From Paraspadella gotoi (taxonomy: Eukaryota > Animalia > Chaetognatha): 64,000 bases of DNA. The notes under the pieces were generated by a model, which searched no databases, was not told the origin of the DNA, and was given only the letters and a program-made list of their open reading frames with translations. The stretch is from positions 8,874,772 to 8,938,771 of the forward strand of contig CM119265.1 in NCBI GenBank assembly GCA_051294375.1, given 5' to 3'. A program made the position numbers and the translations under genes. This document shows positions 55,605 through 64,000 of the stretch, piece after piece. Positions within the stretch are counted from its first letter, which is position 1; every line of letters begins with the position of its first letter.

Positions 55605-58505
55605 TAGATTAGATAGATTATGGTTATTACATGCGACTAGGTACCCTCTGCAGAAGGACCTATAAGGTAACGATGGGTCCGTTCATTCATTGATTCGTTT
55701 CTTTAATACAGAAGAAAGCAAACTTTTTTTTTTTTAACTTACACAGAAAAAAAAATGTGTATCTACTAAATATTAGCTATTCAGAAAAAAGGAAATTAAA
55801 AAATAGAAAACCACACAAATACTTTGATTCTCAAGTAATTCCTAAATTGGCGTTGCGACGCAACAATGCTTTCATTCTTAAAATAACACATAAGGGCATT
55901 CCCTGAATATCTCAATATTGTCTTCTCGTAAAATTGAGTGCTAGAATAGATTGATGCTTGATGTGGGTCCCTTTCCCTTATTTTTGCAATATATTCTCCG
56001 AAAACTTCTGTGTGCATTCACAATTGTTAAAAATCCTCTCTTTGCCGTTCTTTCAAGCGTCGCTGTAAAACATTATCCGTTCCGATCGCATCAAGGTACT
56101 GCTTGCATTTTCCAGTTTTGTTGGGCGAACTTTAATGAACTTTTTGATGGTTTCATGAACATTCGGTCAAATTTTTTTCCCAGTGGACCCCGCTCATGGC
56201 AAGGTATGCAGGTGCTGAATAAGCAAGGGTAGAGACTATTAAGCCTTGTCAAAAAGGCGCATTACTTCATATTGTTATTGCCATTACAAAATTTTGCAAG
56301 TTTTATTTATGGCATATATTTTATGTTTACTTTTATTTAATAATTTATTTATATGACTTGACCAGAGAGACTATTCATTTATTGGTTGCCAGCCCAAAAA
56401 ATTTGAGTCATTGTACTTGTGGAGATTTTATGCCCCATCAAAGTGCATTTACTGCATTTTTTCTTTTCTGCAGGGCATCTGGTAATTACCTATCATGAAT
56501 GATTTTGATGGACAAAGACCCATACGCCACATCCCGCACCATTTACCCATAGCATCCATTATTGTTTGTGTCCTTTCTACCGCAATTGACAATGCGTCTG
56601 CTTGGTTGTCCAAGTGGCCAACCGTCATCGCATATTGGATGCATGCATTTTCCGCTGCCTCTTTAAATGGTAGATCAGCAAAAATATGGCAAACAAATCT
56701 GGGCTTAGAATATTGCCCCCTGAGGTGAACCTCTGCACAATTTCACAATTCTAGGATTTTTTGTTCACCTTCTTTGATAAAGAGAAAATCTTATGTCTGT
56801 CAAGAAGAGCGAAAACACCATCTCTTATCAGTCTTTACCGGCACAATCTCCTTAGGATCATTTCCCACAGCAAGGCTCCGTGCAACAACAGCATTAAATT
56901 GGCCTCTCGTAATCCAGTTACCAACAATTGTGCCTGCTGCCTCTTCTGAAGCCCGTGTTAACAGGTCTTCGACTAGCCTTATCAAGTTTTTCTTCTGTTC
57001 CTCTTCCTTTCTGATACCCAGACTTGACTCTATATTTTATGGCGTTGTTGCTTTTTGCCAGCACAAGCTACAAAGGGGTTGAATCATCTCTCAAATAGTT
57101 TTCCTACCATGATGAGTAGCGACACTGGCCGATAGCTTTTTTGGCTATGCTGGCATCTTTATCTGGTTTTACGAAGCATTTTTTGAGTTTTGCAACTTTC
57201 ATGCTTTTGAAATAACCAATATTTAGGCCAATTCTTATATATTTAGAAAGTTTTGTCACCCATATTTTCCGCGAAGATGTTTCAACATTTCATTTGTAAT
57301 TGCCATCGTCTCCTGGAGCACGATTCGGTTTTAGTTTTCGATAAAATTTAATTGACAGAGTCTGTTTCGCAGATTACTTAGGAGAAGTTTGAAAACGCTC
57401 ATCCCCTTGTTCTCAGATTTGGATAACTTTTGGGTTGAGGACACTCCTTGTGTTTCCGTTAGATCTTTTTCAATCTTTTTATCCATTCTTTCGTCTTCCT
57501 TCGTGAATTTATTGCTTGTTTACAAGAATGTTTCTGCCTCCATTCCTATTCAGCCTGAATTTCCAAAATTGTCTTTCTACGGATTTGAGGCCACAGCTTC
57601 CCGTCAGGGCCTTGTTCAATGGGCTAAAGGTGCATTTGTTCGGCTTTATAGTTCAGTGAGTTCCTTATCAGTTTTCCATTTTTTGGTTGCCGTTCGTAGT
57701 GTTACACTAGCCGACAGCTTTACTCTTCCAGCCACTCGTCTTCTCCTTTTCTCCGTCTTCTTTTATCTTTTCGAACTTCTCTTGCTTCACATAATCTGTA
57801 TTCTTCTGTATTCATTCGTCAGAAATGCCATCTTTGCTTAAGATCTCTTTCTAACTCTCCACCTTGAGTTGCGCCGCTTGCCTTCTCTCTTTAATCAATG
57901 ATGTGTATCCTCGTGCCTTGACAAGTCTGCCGGTCTGTCCCCCAATCTTGTTTTTTGATCCTTTCCCAAACAAAACCCCATTTTTTTTCAAGGGGTTTGG
58001 GGGGGGGGGGCTTTTTCATTCCTTTAAACAAAGCCATCGACTCTTTGCAATTGCAGTGTGAATTTTTCAACCATAGGTCGACATGATTCTTCAGTGATTA
58101 TCCCGTTTCATGTTTTCGTTATTATCTTGTTCTTGTTCTTGTTTGGAGCATGCGTTTATAAAATATTTCCCAGTTTATTTCGTTTTGGTAACTTTTTTTG
58201 TCATGAGGATGTTATAGATTCCTAGGCTCCAGAGGCCTGGTAAGTTGATCACTTCCGACGTTTCTTCAAGGATAGTTATGGTTCTTTATGAGGTTAACCT
58301 GGTTCGACTTTTACTAACATAAAAAGTCTAGAGAGATTAAAATCCCCTCTAGGATTTATTAAAGTAAAGTTACTGCTTGGCTCGCTGAACAGAGAATAAT
58401 TTCGTACTATCAATCAATGCTTTTAGATCGTTCAACCTCCTCGTTGCAGTCTACTCTCTGCCTCCCGCCCAGTTGCCAAGGAGCATTAAATCTCACACAA
58501 GCTGA
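55605..58505 (-). mobile_element. Non-LTR retrotransposon (LINE; APE endonuclease + reverse transcriptase, Jockey/I-group-like), 5'-truncated and frameshifted
   Basis: Minus-strand motifs in the correct order after allowing frameshifts: (G)DFNA ~58490, GSD(H/Q)LP ~58250, APGDDG-ITNEMLKHL ~57310, KPDKD..SYRPVSLL...GKLFER ~57170-57090, SGYQKGRGT..LIRLVED ~57020, LDYER-FNAV ~56915, RGSPQGAILSPDLFAIF-ADLP ~56730, CIQYA(D)D ~56640, KWCGMWRMGLCPSKS ~56540, KFLG ~56400, SHINKL, LAYSAP. No RNase H seen. 3' tail of TAATCTATC units. Confidence 0.9.
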
Positions 58506-58526
58506 CCGAGCAGAGAGAGCACGAGA

Positions 58527-58562
<36 letters not shown>

Positions 58563-58746
58563 AAATTAATTTGCATACTCCTGCCAGTTGGGAGATACCG
58601 TTGAAACTGTTAAATCATGCCTGGCTCGTGGGAGTTCTATAAATTTTAAGTAATTTTAGTTTCATTTACTAATTGTGAGTTTGATTATATCCGTAATATT
58701 AAAAAGATAAACCGGAGTTTATTGAAAGTTTGAAAAGGTTTATAGT

Positions 58747-58848
58747 AGTTTGGTTAATAGTAGTTTGGTTAATATTAGTTTGGTTAATATTCGTTTGGTT
58801 AATATTAGTTTGGTTAACATTAGTTTGGTTAATATTAGTTTGGTTAAC
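58747..58848. repeat. 15-bp tandem repeat (TAGTTTGGTTAATAT), ~7 units
   Basis: Directly visible; produces the spurious SLVNI repeat in ORF 58750. Confidence 0.92.
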
Positions 58849-58905
58849 TCGGTTACTGAAATTTACACACTTTCAGTTCACTTTGAGGCTTTAAGCCTCA
58901 AAATC

Positions 58906-58941
58906 TCATTCATTCATTCATTCATTCATTCATTCATTCAT

Positions 58942-59004
<63 letters not shown>

Positions 59005-59009
59005 TTCAT

Positions 59010-59060
<51 letters not shown>

Positions 59061-59068
59061 TTTTATTT
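58906..59068. repeat. (ATTC)n/(ATTT)n microsatellite
   Basis: Directly visible. Confidence 0.95.
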
Positions 59069-59374
59069 TAGAATATAAGATGGAAGAATTTTTAAAATCT
59101 ATTAATTATAGTATTTTATGTTTTGTTTTAATTTGTAAAAAAAGTTATGGTGAAAATATTAAAATAATGTAATTCTGTTTCAAGCAAGAACAACCGATTC
59201 ATAATATCTTTTTTGTTGAATTCGTGAACAATTCTATTTATATTCTACTAACCACACTGTATCACTTATCACTCTCTCACTCTTCACTCCTTCCTCGTCT
59301 TCACGCTCCTCATCTCTTCCCACTTCATCCTTTAAAAGTGAAGTGGAGTCGAAATAAGAAACTCGGTGAGAGAC

Positions 59375-59375
59375 T

Positions 59376-59433
<58 letters not shown>
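59375..59433. repeat. (GTC)n microsatellite
   Basis: Directly visible. Confidence 0.95.
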
Positions 59434-59435
<2 letters not shown>

Positions 59436-60129
59436 CTCCTCGTCCTGAGTCGGCCGGCCATAGTTGCCCAAGTTTGAAAGACGGGAAAAGGGAAGGANNN
59501 NNNNNNNNNNNNNNNNNNNNNNAGATGGACTCTTCAAACTTTCCGTGCACGAGAATTTTAAAAAGGAGAGCAAAGAGAGAGCAGAGAGACGAGACGAGAG
59601 GAGACGGAGAGAGAACCGAGACGACCGAGAAGAGCAGAGAGAGCGAGAGAGAGACACGAGCAGAGAGAGAGAGAGCAGAGAGAGACAAACCACAGAAAAC
59701 TTCAGATAGCAGTTAGGAGAACGAGATAGAAGACATAAAAAGAGCAGGGAGAAAGAAAAAACAGGAGAGAGAAGGGAAAAAATCCCCACTATGCGAAAGA
59801 AAGAAACAATAAAGAGAAGTAAAGAAAAAATCAAAAACGAAAATCCAAAGGATATTAAATTTAAGACGATAAAAAAATAAAGAAAACAGAAATTGAAAGA
59901 CGAGAAAGAGACATCGAGGTAGAGAGAAAAAAAGTAAAGCGAGAGAGAAAGAAAAAGAAAGAGAGAGCAGAGAGAGAGAGAAAGAGAAATAAGAGAAAAG
60001 GCCAACAAATAATTAAGAAAAGGCAAAGCAATAAAAAACAGGGAAAAAATCCCAATCGGATCTCGGGTCGAGCTTCGAGTGAGAAACAAATTCAGAATTT
60101 ACGATATTCCCTCCTTCTTAGACCTAAGG

Positions 60130-60185
<56 letters not shown>

Positions 60186-61756
60186 CCTTGAGGCGCAAGA
60201 CCGAAGAGATTCTTGTTCTTGTCCTTCAATTTTGCCTTCGTTTCGTTTTCTCTTCATCTCGGGTAGTAGATTTAAGTTAATTCGTTATATTCGATTCAAT
60301 CTTAGTGCGTTTCGCCGATGTTTATTTGTTTCATTCTCTTTCTTTTCTTTCTTCTTTCCTTCTTCTTTCTTCTTTCCTTTCTTCTCTTTCCTATATACTT
60401 TCTTCTTCTTTTTTTCTTCTCTTCTTTCTTTCTTTTACTTTCTTTCTTCTCTTCTTTCTTTCTTTCTTGCGTCTTTCTTTATTTTCTTTACTTTCTTACA
60501 TTCATCCATATAAGCTCATGGCCTGCTGACCATCCATAACCGAAATGTCCCCCAATTTTATAACCAAAAAAAAAAAGCCACATAGAGAGAATATAACGGC
60601 ATAACCAAAGAGATGAATAAAAAACGAATCCCTCCAACATCATCCCCCCCTGAATCACCAGCTCCACCCCCCTAAAAAAATCAACCTGTCTTCCCCATAC
60701 CACGCACCCCCCCACTCTCCCAGAAACGTCCGCACTCCGACTCTTCGACCCTTTTTTGACTAATGTTCTGTTCCTGCGAGCACCCACGCGTTCGACCACT
60801 GACTGGCGAGTTCATCTTTCTTTCCTCTATCTTAAACTTCCTCTTTCGGAGAGAGAGAGAGAGATACCGTTTCAGCTCTCGAATAAAATTCAAAGAATTT
60901 CATTCAGATCTAAATTTCTTTTCAAAGACTTTTTGAAAATGTCGACGTCTTGTTTACGCTTTGTTTATATCGTCTTAAGTTTGAGAATGACAGAAACTCA
61001 TTGTAAACATAAAAAATATCCTAATGTCTAATTATTATAATTATAAAGCTAAGTTAACATCGAGGAAATTTTTCCCAGTTTTATGTTCAGCGAAAAAAAA
61101 TGCTCTTCTCAAATCTGAAGGACGAGTTGAAAATTTCTTTCTTTTCTTCTGGAAAATTCGAGAGAAAAAAATTTTTGTCGCGAAATTTCTGAGAAAAACA
61201 AAACAAAAAAAAAATGGGAGAGGAAGGACTGAGACCGAGCAGACCAAGTGAGAGAAGAGGAGAGTGAGACTGAGGAAGAAGGGGCGAGAGAGGGATAGAG
61301 GTAAGGGTCAGGGTTGAGGAGAAGGAAAAGAGGAAATTGTTCGGAGGTAGTGAAAAGAGAGTATAAAAAATATAAGACAAAGATAAATTTAAACCAAAAA
61401 AAACAAAAAGTAAACTTATACAAGCGAACAAGATAAGATTATATAAAAAGAAAAATAAAAGAAAGTTCGGAGTGAACGGACAAAATTCTCCAGGAGGATT
61501 AATTGCCCAGTCGCCTCGAACAGGAAAGGAAGGGGAGGAAACGCGGAGAAAAAAAACCACCGGATGAAGTTCCGACTTTCTCGTCGGGTTGAGGACCGGC
61601 GCTTGCAGGCGTGGGGTAACTCTGGCGAAAGGCGATAAGGGCCGTTCCCCGGTCCTGGCGTTGCCTCGTATGGGCGTGGCGTTTGTGGGTCGTTGGCATC
61701 GAAAGCGCCGAAGTCGTGCGACGCGTTCTCTCTCCAAACCAAAAAAAATTATAAAA

Positions 61757-62580
<824 letters not shown>

Positions 62581-63019
62581 AAAAGAGAAAGAAAAAAAAC
62601 CCGCCGATTTTTTCTCCTTCAATCCACGAAAGTTTTTTTTTTTTTTCTCAAGATTTTATTTTTAAAAATAAAAAAAAAAAAAAAAAAAAAAAAAGTCGAA
62701 TTTTCTTCGGATTTCTGTTTTTGCCCTTCTCGCTTTCGCTCCTCCCTCTCTCTCTTTCCTCCCTCCCTCCTCTCCTCCTTCCTCCCCTCCCCTCCCCCTC
62801 CCTCACCCCCCTCTCCATTCCCATCCCACTATCTTTTTCCTATCCCCCCCCCCATCTTCCTTCCCCTCCTTCTTTCCCCCTTCTCTCTTCCTCCACCATT
62901 TCCCCTCCTCCCCCTCCGCATCCTCCACCTCCCACCACCTCTCTACCCCCCCTTCTCCCCTTCCCCCTCTTTCCCGATCTCCCTCCCCCCTCTTTTCTTT
63001 TTTTCCCTTTATTCTCTCA

Positions 63020-63050
<31 letters not shown>

Positions 63051-63086
63051 CTCTCCTCTTTTTTCCGGGCTAACCCTCTTCTGACT

Positions 63087-63126
<40 letters not shown>

Positions 63127-63187
63127 CTTTAAAACCGGAGGACGGATACAACAGATTCGGAAAAAGGGAGGAAATTAGGGAAATTTC

Positions 63188-63220
<33 letters not shown>

Positions 63221-64000
63221 GCTCTCCTCTCTCTTCTCTCTCTCTCTCTCTCTCTCTCTCATTTCTTCTTCCTTTTCTTTTTGTTTTGACGTGTGATTTA
63301 CGTGCGAGATCAAAGCTTCGAAACGACTTTGAGAGGATCGACGACGATAACGATGACGGAACGATTTGATGACGACGATGACGATGAAGACGATGACGAT
63401 GACGATGACAAAGAGACGATGAAACGATGACAACGCACAAAGAAGACAGCGAACAACCATAAATAATACTATGACGGATGAAGAAGACGTCAGCTATGAT
63501 AAAGAAGGACAATATAAGTTCACATTCGATAACAACCGTGACTGCATTGAGAATGGACATTGTTGTTCGTGCGTTGATCATCTTATTTCATCGTCGTCGT
63601 CATCGTCATAGTCATGAACATCTTAGTTAATCTCAATGGACATCTTATTTTAACAACGACACATGACCGACAATGACAACCGATCGCGTCAGTCATTTGT
63701 TTGGAATGGAATCCAAAACGAGGCTGAGGAGAAATGGTTGTGGTCGGCTGTTGAGTTGGAAATTAGGTTGAAGTCAGTTGAATATTCGCATGGGGTGTCA
63801 CAACTTTTTTTCTGGTGCAGCATCCAATGCTGCAAATCAAAACGCGGAAAGGCTAAAGAAAAGTCAAATCTTCCCGAGGGGGCGAAGGAGAAGGGAGTGC
63901 GTGTAGAGTGGCGGTGAGGGGAGGGGGAGTTGGCCGGAGTTGGGAGCGAAAGGCGAAGTTCATAAATCGAAGAAACTCGAGACTTAAATCTCCATTTCTC

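Overview
Eukaryotic (probably invertebrate) draft-assembly window, not prokaryotic. It is very rich in microsatellites ((GA/TC)n, (GAC/GTC)n, (AAAG)n, (AAT)n), has many N-gaps, and contains long stretches that look like uncorrected error-prone long-read fill. None of the supplied ORFs is a credible intact gene. Best-supported features: (1) a ~2.9 kb 5'-truncated, frameshifted non-LTR retrotransposon (APE + RT, minus strand, 55605-58505) with (GA)n tracts on both sides; (2) a family of short Helentron/DINE-1-like non-autonomous elements (HINE-like), with two complete copies and three partial ones, two of the partials being assembly duplicates; (3) a tRNA-derived SINE-like element with three hairpins; (4) a frameshifted coiled-coil segment resembling a myosin II rod; (5) extensive direct and inverted duplications around 25-N gaps that are most likely gap-filling artefacts. 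I found no convincing evidence of a wholly new biological system. The candidates below are hedged accordingly.
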